DNA from: an uncultured candidate division Zixibacteria bacterium
GTDB lineage: Bacteria > Zixibacteria > MSB-5A5 > UBA10806
NCBI GenBank assembly: GCA_963817915.1
Contig: CAWFQL010000006.1
Coordinates: 160,001-224,000, forward strand
Length of the DNA stretch: 64,000 nucleotides
Direction of reading: 5' to 3'
This document shows positions 32,823 to 42,745 of the stretch, one piece after another; within the stretch, counting starts at the first letter, position 1; the number at the start of each line of letters is the position of its first letter. The notes beneath the pieces were generated by a model. The model did not search any database, was not told the DNA's origin, and was given only the letters and a program-made list of their open reading frames with translations. Position numbers and translations under genes: made by a program.

Positions 32823-33602
32823 CTATTTCGGCTTGTTCATATTGTCGAAAAACGGTTTGAATAAATCTATAGGGATCGGGAATAATGTAGTTGAATTTTT
32901 CTCCGCTGCGATTTCCACCAATGTTTGCAGGTATCTCAACTGAATACCAACCGGAGTTTGACCCAGTATCTGGGCGGCCTGATTGATCTTCTCTGACGCC
33001 TGATATTCGCCATCGGCGTGAATAACCTTTGCGCGGCGTTCTCTTTCGGCCTCGGCCTGACGGGCGATAGCTCGTTGCATCTCCTGCGGCAGATCGACAT
33101 TTTTTACTTCAACGATAGCGACTTTGACTCCCCAGGGTTCTGTCTGAAGATCGATAACATTTTGTAATTCCCGATTGATTTTCTCGCGGTTGGAAAGCAA
33201 GTCATCCAATTCCACCTGCCCTAGTATCGAACGAAGAGTTGTCTGGGCTATCTGCGATGTGGCATAAATATAATCTTCGACATCGGTAATCGCCTTGTTG
33301 GGGTCCATTACCCTGAAATAGGCGACGGCATTTACTTTAACGGTAACGTTATCCTTGGTAATAATATCTTGAGGGGGCACATCCATCGGGACAGTGCGCA
33401 GGCTTACCTTTACCATTTTATCTACAATTGGGATAAGCAAAATCAAGCCGGGGCCCTTGGCTCCAATCAGCCTGCCCAGCCTAAAAATGACACCTCTTTC
33501 ATACTCTCTCAATACTCTAACGGAATTCCCTATAATAAATAACGCCAATACAATTATGACAATTGCAGGGAAAAACCATGTGACATTAGCACCAGGATTC
33601 AT
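32823..33602 (-). CDS. Slipin / SPFH (stomatin-like) protein
   Basis: [31 protein letters not shown]. Confidence 0.92.
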   Translation of the reverse strand: MNPGANVTWFFPAIVIIVLALFIIGNSVRVLREYERGVIFRLGRLIGAKGPGLILLIPIVDKMVKVSLRTVPMDVPPQDIITKDNVTVKVNAVAYFRVMDPNKAITDVEDYIYATSQIAQTTLRSILGQVELDDLLSNREKINRELQNVIDLQTEPWGVKVAIVEVKNVDLPQEMQRAIARQAEAERERRAKVIHADGEYQASEKINQAAQILGQTPVGIQLRYLQTLVEIAAEKNSTTLFPIPIDLFKPFFDNMNKPK

Positions 33603-33629
33603 CCATTCCTCCCACTATCATTAAAAGGT

Positions 33630-34933
33630 TTAATTTTTCTGAATTGGTTCGACTTTCAATTCCATGCCGGAAACATCTACAACCTTTCACATGTTGTCCT
33701 GCCTGGATTGATAGTCAATGACGATGCTTTCCAAATCTCGCCATGAATAAATACAGTTCCGCCATCGGGCCAACGATAGCTTTTGGTCACTCCAATTTCA
33801 TTCTTAAGGCCGGCATCGCCCGTAGCAACTTTCCGTTTGTGAGCCTTGAGAGCGAGATAACCCGCGAGAAAGAAAAAGGCCGTAAATACCAATACGGTAG
33901 GAATTATAACCGATAGCGAAATGCCTTTATACGGAAATTCGGTATCATTGACAAGCATTAGCGATCCCAAAAATAAGGCCAACACGCCGCCTCCTCCCAA
34001 TACTCCATGACTGGTTATTTTCAATTCCAATAGAAATAATATCATGGCAAGAATTATCAACAGGACTCCGGCGAAATTAATCGGCAATGCCTGAAATGAG
34101 AATAATGCCAGTATCAATGATATCCCTCCCACTACGCCGGGCAAGATAGCCCCGGGATTTGCAAATTCGAAATAAAGCCCGAGCATGCCGATAGCCATCA
34201 GTATATAGGCGATATTTGGATCGGAAAGAACTTCCAGGATACTATTGGAAAATCCAATTTTAAACGGCACAACTTTGGCATTTTTTGAGTGGATCACATA
34301 TGGGCCGGTAATTAGTTCGACAGTATCACCATCGATTTTTGAAATAAGGTCATCCAAATTATTGGCAACCAGATTGATGATGTTTTTGTCTTTTGCCTCA
34401 AATTCAGTTACCGACATCGATTTCCTGACAGCTTCTTCGGCCCATTCGATATTTCTATTTCGCTTGCTGGCCAGTGTTTTGATTTTCGCTACGGCATCGT
34501 TGGTGATTTTCTCGTTCATCGTGGAATCGATTTTCTCGCCGCCCATGCCAACCGGATGCGCCGAGCCCATATTGGTCTGAGGAGCCATGGCCGCCAGATG
34601 CGCCGCGTAGGAGATATAAACTCCCGCCGATGCCGCCCGGCCGCCCGGAGGATAGACATAAATCACTATCGGAACATTGGAGGCCAGTATCATCTGGATG
34701 ATATCCCAGGTAGATTCCATCTGACCGCCCGGCGTATTCATTTCGATAATCATCGCCTCGGCGTTCAGCTTCTCGGATCTACGAATATTATTTTTGATTT
34801 CTTTGACGGTAACCGGCCCGATGGCGCCGTTGATTTCCATGACAGTAACTATATTGGAAGTATCAGCGGGCAATTCACCAAAAGCGGAAGAAAATGCTAA
34901 TAAAATGAAAATCGATATTATTATCCTTTTCAT
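33630..34933 (-). CDS. nfeD: NfeD membrane-bound ClpP-class protease, with apparent indels in the last ~100 nt
   Basis: NTPGG, AASAG, AMAPQTNMGSAHP, IHGEIWKA; the expected tail (IQAGQHVK...VVDVSGMELKVEPIQKN*) is in shifted frames ending at 33630. Confidence 0.88.
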
Positions 34934-34939
34934 GCTTAT

Positions 34940-34972
34940 ATTTTAGATAATCTTGACATCAGATGTCAAGAT
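34940..34972 (-). promoter_or_regulatory. nfeD promoter overlapped by a perfect palindrome
   Basis: TTGACA(34969-34964)-18nt-TAAAAT(34945-34940)-6nt-ATG; ATCTTGACATC-A-GATGTCAAGAT at 34950-34972. Confidence 0.6.
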
Positions 34973-35067
34973 ATATTGCGGATTTTGGAGAACTGCTAAA
35001 TACCTGAGCCTGTCGTTCCGCATCCGTCAGTAGCCGGGCTCCTCGCAAAGACAGAGCGGAAAAAACT

Positions 35068-35230
35068 TGTCATTCCGCATTTATTGCGGAATCTATCTTG
35101 CTAAGACTCGCAAGATTCCCGCATTCGCGGGAATGACAAATATGAGAAAATCAACTGTTTTCCTGCGAGTCACGTCTTGACGTGACCGCATCCCTTTTAT
35201 TTTGCGGTCAGGGCAAGCCCTGACTCGCAT
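35068..35230. repeat. REP cluster (GTCATTCC...GGAATGAC element plus composite hairpin pair)
   Basis: Terminal TGTCATTCC/GGAATGACA with internal hairpins; 35164-35229 is homologous to 55910-55972. Confidence 0.7.
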
Positions 35231-35243
35231 CAGAAGGGTCTTG

Positions 35244-35969
35244 CTATTGCCAAGTAAGCGATATTACAACTCTTATGGAGCCAGAAGCATTTTGCCGCGA
35301 AACAGTGGAAGCATAGCCGTCGGATGCAACAACGTCGTTAATTCGAAAACCGTTAGAAGAACCGATATAATCATCATTAGAAAAGTCGTCATAGTCATAG
35401 ACGCGAACGAAATATGCCGTGGCCCAATTAGGAATTTGGAAAGGTTGCGATAGCGTCCATTGAAGCGGAAGGTCAGAAGGACTGACATCCAAATAATAGG
35501 TATCTACTGTAAAGACAATGTTGGATGCATCTGCGATATTCACGTACACATCAGGACCGCTACCCAAATCCCATCCAGCCCCATATTGGTCTGTAAAGGG
35601 AATAGCGTCAATTCTAATACTTTCAATAGATACCGTACTCGGCGCGATAGTGAACTGCTTAATCTTATTAGCGGATTTGCCGGTTTGGCTGTTTGAAGCT
35701 ACCAACGTTACTGAATAAGTACCATGTGTATTAAATATATGTTCAGGACTAGATAAGTTCGTGGAATCACCATCGCCAAAACGCCAAAGATATGTATCAG
35801 CATTTTGTGAAGTATTCTGAAAAGTAATCGTTGCCGGGGCAACTGTACCCCCGCTCTCGGTGAATGAAGCAATGGGGTCGGGGATTGAGGGTGCGGATGG
35901 CTTATCCTTTCCGCAGTTAAACAAGGTCGTAAATACGATTAAAATTAAACAATATTTTAGCCACCTCAT
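35244..35969 (-). CDS. PKD-domain lipoprotein with C2-like C-terminal domain
   Basis: AGGAG RBS, lipobox LFNC, WRFGDG PKD motif, PDVYV...VYDYDDFSNDDYIG. Confidence 0.78.
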   Translation of the reverse strand: MRWLKYCLILIVFTTLFNCGKDKPSAPSIPDPIASFTESGGTVAPATITFQNTSQNADTYLWRFGDGDSTNLSSPEHIFNTHGTYSVTLVASNSQTGKSANKIKQFTIAPSTVSIESIRIDAIPFTDQYGAGWDLGSGPDVYVNIADASNIVFTVDTYYLDVSPSDLPLQWTLSQPFQIPNWATAYFVRVYDYDDFSNDDYIGSSNGFRINDVVASDGYASTVSRQNASGSIRVVISLTWQ

Positions 35970-36238
35970 AGCCAACTCCTTTGTTTTGGACGGAAGACTC
36001 CCTTAGGGTTTTTTAGAATAATTATCGTTAAATACTCAATTCGAATTATTTAATTACATTTACAATATTAATATAGTAATAAGTTTATATAATGCAAGAA
36101 TAATCGATAAAAAATTAGGTTGGAAATAGATTCCGCCTCGGAGGCCTGTATAACAGAGAGAGGTTCTTTGGCAGTCAGGAATGGGTGAATCTTTCTCAAG
36201 ACTAAATAGATTTTATTCGATATCTATAAAAGGTAAAA

Positions 36239-36444
36239 GTCATTGCGAATCCGCCGCAGGCGGACGAAGCAATCTGAAGGATGCTACCCACGGATTGCTT
36301 CGTCGTCCGGCAGCTGCCGGACTCCTCGCAATGACTGAAAAAAAATAGTCTTGAAACAGATTGAAGAGTTACTGACTGCGCTGAATCTGTCGGGGCAGGC
36401 GACCCGACAGCACTCCGAAAAGGGCGTATGCAATACGCCCCTAC
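36239..36444. repeat. REP cluster
   Basis: GTCATTGCGA...AAGCAATC / GATTGCTT...TCGCAATGAC element, CTGTCGGG...CCCGACAG hairpin, and a GTAG REP overlapping the amidohydrolase stop. Confidence 0.72.
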
Positions 36445-38024
36445 TTAGCTTCGTAAACTATATCGCCATCGATGACCGTCATGGCGACTTCGGTTTTATG
36501 CAATTTGTTGGGATCGATATCGAAGATATGATTAGATAATACAGCGAAATCTGCCTTTCTGCCAATAGATAATTCGCCAATAATACCATCAAAATGACAG
36601 GCGTAGGCCGCGCCCACCGTGTAAGCTTTGAGAGCTAACGATAATGTTATCTTCTCCTGGGAATACCATGACGGCCGGGTTGGCTCATTGGCCCTTTTTC
36701 GTGCAACAGCGGCATGCATACCCGCCATCGGATTGGCGGTCTCGATCGGGGCATCGGACCCAAAGGCCAGCTTCGCGCCCGATTTCAGGAGCGATTTGAA
36801 TGCGTACGCGTATCTCGAACGAACTCCCCAATATTTATCAGCAGTATCGCGATCGGATGTCGCGTGAATCGGCTGCATCGAGGGAATGATGCCATATTTT
36901 TTGAATAGCGGGATTTCGCTTTCTCGCAGCAACTGGGCGTGCTCGACTCTCGGCCGCAAACCTTTTGCCTTGAATTGCTCAGAATATTTGCCTATACCGT
37001 TGAGAGCCTGATAGCAAGCCTTATCCCCTATGGCATGCATGGCCACGCCGATACTGGCCTCGACAGCCCTTGAGACATAATCATCGATCTGGGCAGGCGT
37101 AAGAGTCTCGACACCGTAATTATCTGTCGATCCGATGTACGGTTCGAACATGTAGGCGGTTTGCGAGCCAAGAGCGCCGTCGGCAAAGAGTTTCAGATCA
37201 CCGATTCGAAAATGATCAGTCCCCTGGCCTGTGGTGAATTTGAAATCGATGGCTCGTTGGAGCTGGTCGCGCGGCACCATTTTGAATATTCTAATTTTCA
37301 ACTTTCTCGATTGATCGAGATCGTGGTAGATAGAAAAAAGATCCGCCCTTTCATCGCAATCGCCGACAGCCACAATGCCCAATTTAATCAGATGCTTTTG
37401 GGCCTGCTTGATTGATTCAATCATATATTCGCGCGGCGGCGGCGGAATCTTTTCATAACAAATATCAGCGGCCGTCTCTTTTAATATGCCAGTTGGTTCG
37501 CCGTTAGTAACTTTCTCGATTACGCCGCCTTCAGGGTCAGGAGTCGATCTGTCTATATTGAAATACTTCAGGGCGGTCGAATTTACCCATGTCAGATGGC
37601 CGTCCTTGCTGCCAAGGACAACCGGGTTGTCGGTAATATTATCGAGAATCGACTTGTCGGGGAATTTATCGCCCCAGAGATTTTTATTCCATCCGCGTCC
37701 GAGGAGCCATTGGTCTTTACTCAATTTCGCCGCTGCTTTTTTTAGAATCGCTGTAACCTTTTCGAGACTGTCCACACCATCGAGATTAACGCGATCGAAG
37801 CTCATGCCCAAACTAAGCAGATGCAGGTGAGAATCGATAAATCCGGGTACGACGAATTTCTTTTTTAAATCGACTAATTCATATCCTCTCCGTTTCAAGG
37901 GCCTTAAATCCGTATTGGAACCCATGGCAGTGATTATGCCATTGTCGGAGGCGATCGCCTGGATAGTATTTTCATTATCATAAGAATAAAAATCGCCATT
38001 TAGAAATAATGTCTTATTCGCCAT
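36441..38024 (-). CDS. Amidohydrolase family 3 (YtcJ-like)
   Basis: PGFIDSHLH, KLFADGALGS, HAIGD, RVEHAQ, FGSDAP; likely start ATG 38024, 4 nt after the selB stop. Confidence 0.9.
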   Translation of the reverse strand: MANKTLFLNGDFYSYDNENTIQAIASDNGIITAMGSNTDLRPLKRRGYELVDLKKKFVVPGFIDSHLHLLSLGMSFDRVNLDGVDSLEKVTAILKKAAAKLSKDQWLLGRGWNKNLWGDKFPDKSILDNITDNPVVLGSKDGHLTWVNSTALKYFNIDRSTPDPEGGVIEKVTNGEPTGILKETAADICYEKIPPPPREYMIESIKQAQKHLIKLGIVAVGDCDERADLFSIYHDLDQSRKLKIRIFKMVPRDQLQRAIDFKFTTGQGTDHFRIGDLKLFADGALGSQTAYMFEPYIGSTDNYGVETLTPAQIDDYVSRAVEASIGVAMHAIGDKACYQALNGIGKYSEQFKAKGLRPRVEHAQLLRESEIPLFKKYGIIPSMQPIHATSDRDTADKYWGVRSRYAYAFKSLLKSGAKLAFGSDAPIETANPMAGMHAAVARKRANEPTRPSWYSQEKITLSLALKAYTVGAAYACHFDGIIGELSIGRKADFAVLSNHIFDIDPNKLHKTEVAMTVIDGDIVYEAK

Positions 38025-38028
38025 TTTA

Positions 38029-39906
38029 CTACCCCCGCTTGTCCCGCAAAATTCTATAGTCCCCATCGCGCAATGTTAATCCCATCTGGTCGAACCGTTC
38101 AAGCAAAGGGATAACATATTTCCTGCTGGTTTTTAGAAATGACTTAATGTCGGATACGGTCGCCTTGCCGGCAGATTCCAGGTATTCGCTTAGATTATTT
38201 GTTATTGTCTCGAAATCCCTTTTGGTGAAGAGTATCCCGCCTTTCAATTCGATAATCTCGCCCTTATCGCGAAGATAATTGATTACCACCTCGTAGCTGG
38301 CATCCTCATCAACAAACTCCTTGCGAATAGGCGCGGACAATGGACTCGCTGAGAGGCGGGCATTCAATTTGCCTTGAAGCGCTTTCTGTTCGGGCTTTAA
38401 TTCAGCTTTATGTTCGGCCAGACGCAGCAGCCCTTTTTCATTCATGATTTTTTTTTCGGAAATAAGATATTCGATCACCGGACTCAGGCTTTCGATATCG
38501 AGCTTCAGCCGTTTGGCAAGGAATCCGGGCTCGACACCATCAGACCAGGGTTTGGCCTTATGTTCGCTTTCGATTATTTGAAGCCCGGGCAATGCATATT
38601 TTTCCAAGAACGATGCCTGAATAATTTTATCTCCGGAAATAATAATTTCTCCATTCGAAGAAGACAATTTTAAGGCGTCATCTACACATTTTTTCTCGAA
38701 CGGCGTATTTTGAAATAGAACGGATTTGGCGAAAATGCTGCTCTTGGCCAACTCTGATTTGATGATGGCATCGGGAGTCATCGCAAGTCTGCTTTTTAAT
38801 ATATTAGATTGTGCCGATCTATTCTTCCTTCCGCCGACAACATCGGTATCGAGCACGATACCACCGCCGATCGTGTCTTGCGGGCTGATCATTCTTATGA
38901 TAAATCTATCGCCGATCTTGGCGGGCACCGGAGATTTAAGTACGAGCTTCAGAATCGATTTCTGGCCGGGCTTAATGATTTCGTCATCCAGAAGAAAAAC
39001 TCGCGCCTGAATATCCGCGGTACCGAGCAGAAATGATACTTCTGAGCCATTGCGCAACGGGAATTTCGAACGGTTCAACAACGTCAATTCCACGCCAATT
39101 CTGCTCGCGGGCGAAACCGTGCCGGGCAGGCATATCGCCTCGCCTCGTTCGATTTCATCTTTATCAATACCGGCGAGATTAATCGCCACTCTGCTTCCGG
39201 GCGATGCTTCTTTGATCGATTTTTTGTGAGTCTGCAGTGAACGGATTCTTGCCTTTAGTCCGGATGGCAATATATCGACCTGCTGATCGACAGCTAATTT
39301 ACCCTCGAGAAGGGTGCCGGTAACGACTGTACCCATCCCCTGCATAATGAATCTGCGGTCTATGAATAGGCGTGCGGCGCCGATATCCGGCTTTTGAATA
39401 TCATTCGTGAGAATATTATCCAAGGTCGATTTGATTTCATCGATACCACGGCCGTCGATAGTCGAGGCTGGTATGATCTGGCAATTCTCGAGGAAGCTAC
39501 CCTGCAAACGAGCACGAATATCTTCTGTATGCAGTTGGATCAAGTCGTCATCGACAAGATCGCATTTGGTCAATGCCACCAAACCGGTTTTGATTCCGAG
39601 CAGGCTGATGATATTAAAATGCTCATCCGATTGCGGCATCCAGCCATCATCGGCGGCAATCACGAATATGACAGCATCGATACCGCCAACACCGGCGACC
39701 ATGTTCTTGACAAACCGTTCATGCCCCGGCACATCGACAATGCCGATCGATCTTCCCGATGGCAGTTCAGCCCAGGCGAAACCGAGATCGATTGTCATGC
39801 CTCGTTCTTTTTCTTCGGGTAGACGATCGGGATCGATGCCTGTCATTTTCAGGACAAGCGATGATTTCCCATGGTCTATATGGCCAGCTGTACCGACTAC
39901 AAACAT
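38029..39906 (-). CDS. selB: Selenocysteine-specific elongation factor
   Basis: GTAGHIDHGKS, RGMTIDLGFA, DVPGHE, winged-helix SRKYVIPLLE. Confidence 0.96.
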   Translation of the reverse strand: MFVVGTAGHIDHGKSSLVLKMTGIDPDRLPEEKERGMTIDLGFAWAELPSGRSIGIVDVPGHERFVKNMVAGVGGIDAVIFVIAADDGWMPQSDEHFNIISLLGIKTGLVALTKCDLVDDDLIQLHTEDIRARLQGSFLENCQIIPASTIDGRGIDEIKSTLDNILTNDIQKPDIGAARLFIDRRFIMQGMGTVVTGTLLEGKLAVDQQVDILPSGLKARIRSLQTHKKSIKEASPGSRVAINLAGIDKDEIERGEAICLPGTVSPASRIGVELTLLNRSKFPLRNGSEVSFLLGTADIQARVFLLDDEIIKPGQKSILKLVLKSPVPAKIGDRFIIRMISPQDTIGGGIVLDTDVVGGRKNRSAQSNILKSRLAMTPDAIIKSELAKSSIFAKSVLFQNTPFEKKCVDDALKLSSSNGEIIISGDKIIQASFLEKYALPGLQIIESEHKAKPWSDGVEPGFLAKRLKLDIESLSPVIEYLISEKKIMNEKGLLRLAEHKAELKPEQKALQGKLNARLSASPLSAPIRKEFVDEDASYEVVINYLRDKGEIIELKGGILFTKRDFETITNNLSEYLESAGKATVSDIKSFLKTSRKYVIPLLERFDQMGLTLRDGDYRILRDKRG

Positions 39907-41261
39907 GACTTTATGGCTTCAATAAGGATTTTATCCTGCGAGGGAAAGACTGTCCGCAGATCGATCATGATTGCGCCCGGCGCGCTGCGGACAATTATCG
40001 GACGATTGCAATCTCTGAATTTTTTCGACAATAACACCGGATCGCCTTTGATCTTGATACCGAAACTATCGAATTCATACTCCGGCAATGACCCGCCGCC
40101 AAATGAGCTCTTTAATGACGTGATTGCGACTCTATTGTCATTAACAATTTTTGCGATATCATTCGCGCGCTTTTCTAATTCTGAAATCGCCGTCGATGCC
40201 ATCTCCCAGATAGGGGCATTGCCTTTATTATTCAAATAAGAAATTAGAGTCTTTTCCAGCAGTCCTATCGTGAGCTTATCCGGTCTCAGTGCCCTATACA
40301 ACGGGTCTTTCGCCAATGATGATATATATTTCGCCCTGCCAACAATTAGACCCGCCTGCGGGCCGCCAAGCAATTTATCGCCTGAGAAGCAGACTATATC
40401 CGCGCCGCTTCTGACACCGGATGAGATTGTTGGCTCAGTCATTTTTTCGGAATTGCGATTTTCGGATATCAGTCCCGATCCCAGGTCGTAACAGCAGGGG
40501 ATTTTCTTCTCATTGGCCAATTCGACTATTCTGGATGGCTCAGGCTCATCGGTAAATCCGCTTTGGATAAAATTGCTTTTATGCACGATCAAAATCAACC
40601 CGGTATTTTTGCCAATAGCTTTTCGATAATCATTTAAAGATGTTTTATTGGTAGTCCCAACTTCTTTCAAGATTGCCCCAGATCTTTCGATAATTTCCGG
40701 TATCCGAAATCCGCCGCCAATCTGCACCAATTGGCCGCGAGAGATAATTACTTCTTTGCCTTGCGCCAGATTGGTAACGATCATGAAAACGGCCGCGGCG
40801 TTGTTGTTGACTACCAGTCCCGCCTCGGTGCCTGATAATGCAGCCAGCATTTTGCCGGGCATTAGTCCGCGTTTGGAACGTTTGCCATCGCCCAGATCGA
40901 ATTCCAAATTGGAATAGCCGCAGACAGCAGCCTGCAGTTCCTCATAGGCGCTTGAGGATATTGGCGCGCGGCCAAGATTGGTATGCAGTATGACGCCGGT
41001 ACCGTTAATAACAGGCTTTAGAAGATCGCGGCTGTACGTATTAAATATACTGATTATTTCTTCGATCAATTCATCTTTCGACGGAATCGTGCCTGATTTG
41101 CCGATCGCTTTTTTCTTCGAGGCTGTTAGATTCTTGACTTCGGATGATATAAACGCGAATGACCATTTATCGATTAAAGGTTTTAAACGCGCATCCTCTA
41201 AAATAGACGAAACGCTGGGGAATGATGATAGCTTTATTTTTTTGTTACTTTTATCAGCCAT
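39897..41261 (-). CDS. selA: L-seryl-tRNA(Sec) selenium transferase
   Basis: VINGTGVILHTNLGRA, IGGGFRIP, FSGDKLLGGPQAG. Confidence 0.96.
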   Translation of the reverse strand: MADKSNKKIKLSSFPSVSSILEDARLKPLIDKWSFAFISSEVKNLTASKKKAIGKSGTIPSKDELIEEIISIFNTYSRDLLKPVINGTGVILHTNLGRAPISSSAYEELQAAVCGYSNLEFDLGDGKRSKRGLMPGKMLAALSGTEAGLVVNNNAAAVFMIVTNLAQGKEVIISRGQLVQIGGGFRIPEIIERSGAILKEVGTTNKTSLNDYRKAIGKNTGLILIVHKSNFIQSGFTDEPEPSRIVELANEKKIPCCYDLGSGLISENRNSEKMTEPTISSGVRSGADIVCFSGDKLLGGPQAGLIVGRAKYISSLAKDPLYRALRPDKLTIGLLEKTLISYLNNKGNAPIWEMASTAISELEKRANDIAKIVNDNRVAITSLKSSFGGGSLPEYEFDSFGIKIKGDPVLLSKKFRDCNRPIIVRSAPGAIMIDLRTVFPSQDKILIEAIKSCL

Positions 41262-42298
41262 TTTTCCCTTTCAATTACTTCGCCGATTTTCGCGAAAAAG
41301 ACGTTGCGCGAATTCAATTCGGATTCCAATTTCGCGCAATTATTTTGAGGCATGGAAATCAAAAGTCCGCCCGATGTTTGGGCGTCGGCGAGAATAAGCT
41401 TTTCATATCTTTCGAAATTGCCATCCCAGAGCATATCCGGCTCAAGCGCCAATAAATTCGATCGACTTCCTCCGGGGAAAATATCCATTTTGGCAAGTTC
41501 GCTGGCACCATTCAGCAACGGGATTTTGGAATATTCAAGTATGGCCGATTTATTTGACCCCGCCATCATTTCGCCAAGATGACCTAAAAGACCGTATCCG
41601 GTTATATCGGTTACTCCGCATATCGAAGTCGCCAATACCGCTTCAGATGCGCCGCGATTAAGGATTTTCATTGTCCTGACTGCTTCGGCGACAATGCCCG
41701 GCTCGGCCTTGCCGTTTTTTAGTGCGGTTGTGATAAGGCCGGTACCGATTGGCTTGGTCAAATAGAGTGAATCGCCGGACTTCGCCTTATCATTGGTCAA
41801 TATTTTATCGGGATGAATCGAGCCGGTAATCGAAAGCCCATAAAATGGCTCGGGCGATTTGACAGTATGACCGCCGACTATCGGAACACCGGCTTCCTTG
41901 GCAACGGATAGCCCGCCCTGAATTATTTTTTTCAAGGCCGAAAATGGTATCGTCCTCTCGGGAAATCCGACAATATTGAGCGCCGAGATAACCTTCGCTC
42001 CCATAGCATAGATATCTGACAGCGAATTGGCGGCGGCGATAGCTCCGAAATCGAAGGGGTCATCGACAACAGGCGTGAAATAGTCGACAGTTGTTACGAT
42101 TGCCATAGAATCCGATATTTTCACAACCCCGGCGTCGTCATAGAGCTCCGTGCCGACCAGCACGTTCTCATATTTTTGAGTGTTCAGTTCGCTCAGGACC
42201 TGAGCGAGATCAGACTTGCTGATTTTCGACGCTCAGCCGGCGCAGGCGACATACTGAGTCAGCCTGAATATTTCTTCTTTTTTGTCTATTTCTGCCAT
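41234..42298 (-). CDS. selD: Selenide, water dikinase; selenoprotein (Sec at codon 22)
   Basis: ATG 42298 gives MAEIDKKEEIFRLTQYVACAG-UGA-ASKISKSDLAQVL, in frame with DDAG, AANSLSDIYAMG, DAQTSGGLL. Confidence 0.95.
42189..42235 (-). promoter_or_regulatory. In-frame UGA and bacterial SECIS element of selD
   Basis: UGA at 42235-42233; hairpin UCGCUCAG-GUC-CUGAGCGA (42207-42189) with loop G about 33 nt downstream. Confidence 0.75.
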
Positions 42299-42399
42299 AA
42301 CTATACTCTCAAAGCCAATATAGCCTAAGACATTGGATTAATTCAAGGTCTTTCGGCTTGATGCGTATTATGAAAAGCCGGCATTTTAGCAAAAAAAAG

Positions 42400-42492
42400 C
42401 GGAAGGGGTAGGGATTGAACCTACCACGGCCGGGAACACCGGCCGCCTACGGCTTTGAAGGCCGCGGGAGCCACCAGACCCCATCCTCTTCC
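42400..42492 (-). tRNA. selC: tRNA-Sec (anticodon UCA), CCA not encoded
   Basis: GGAAG 5' end, 6-bp D stem with UGGU loop, CUUCAAA anticodon loop, long variable arm, GUAGG-UUCAAUC-CCUAC T arm; next to selD. Confidence 0.95.
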
Positions 42493-42498
42493 GAGGCC

Positions 42499-42527
42499 AT
42501 TATAGGCAGATGGAAAATTTATCGCAA
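42499..42527 (-). promoter_or_regulatory. sigma70 promoter of selC
   Basis: TTGCGA-17nt-TATAAT, 6 nt before tRNA G1. Confidence 0.7.
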
Positions 42528-42541
42528 GGCAAAAGCAGTCC

Positions 42542-42615
42542 TGTAGGTCCGAACCCCCGTGGTTCGGACTCCTTCATTCATCAAGTCGGCGGAACCACAG
42601 GGGTTCCGCCCTACA
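42542..42615. repeat. REPIN-like inverted pair of GTAG REPs
   Basis: GTAGGTCCGAACCCCCGTGGTTCGGA facing GGCGGAACCACAGGGGTTCCGCCCTAC. Confidence 0.72.
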
Positions 42616-42630
42616 AAATAAACAACCCCT

Positions 42631-42663
42631 AAAAAAAACAAGCCCCCGTCGAAGGACGGGGGC
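42631..42663 (-). terminator. Intrinsic terminator
   Basis: GCCCCCGUC-CUUC-GACGGGGGC followed by UUGUUUUUUUU on the minus strand. Confidence 0.8.
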
Positions 42664-42727
42664 ATCACCACCCACAAATCAATTCCCATTCACCACACTA
42701 ACACACACCCATCACACCCAAAAAGTA

Positions 42728-42745
42728 TTGTGAATTTCTTCACAA
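42728..42745. promoter_or_regulatory. Rex-type operator
   Basis: TTGTGAA-TTTC-TTCACAA matches the Rex consensus exactly; degenerate second site at 42801-42818. Confidence 0.6.
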
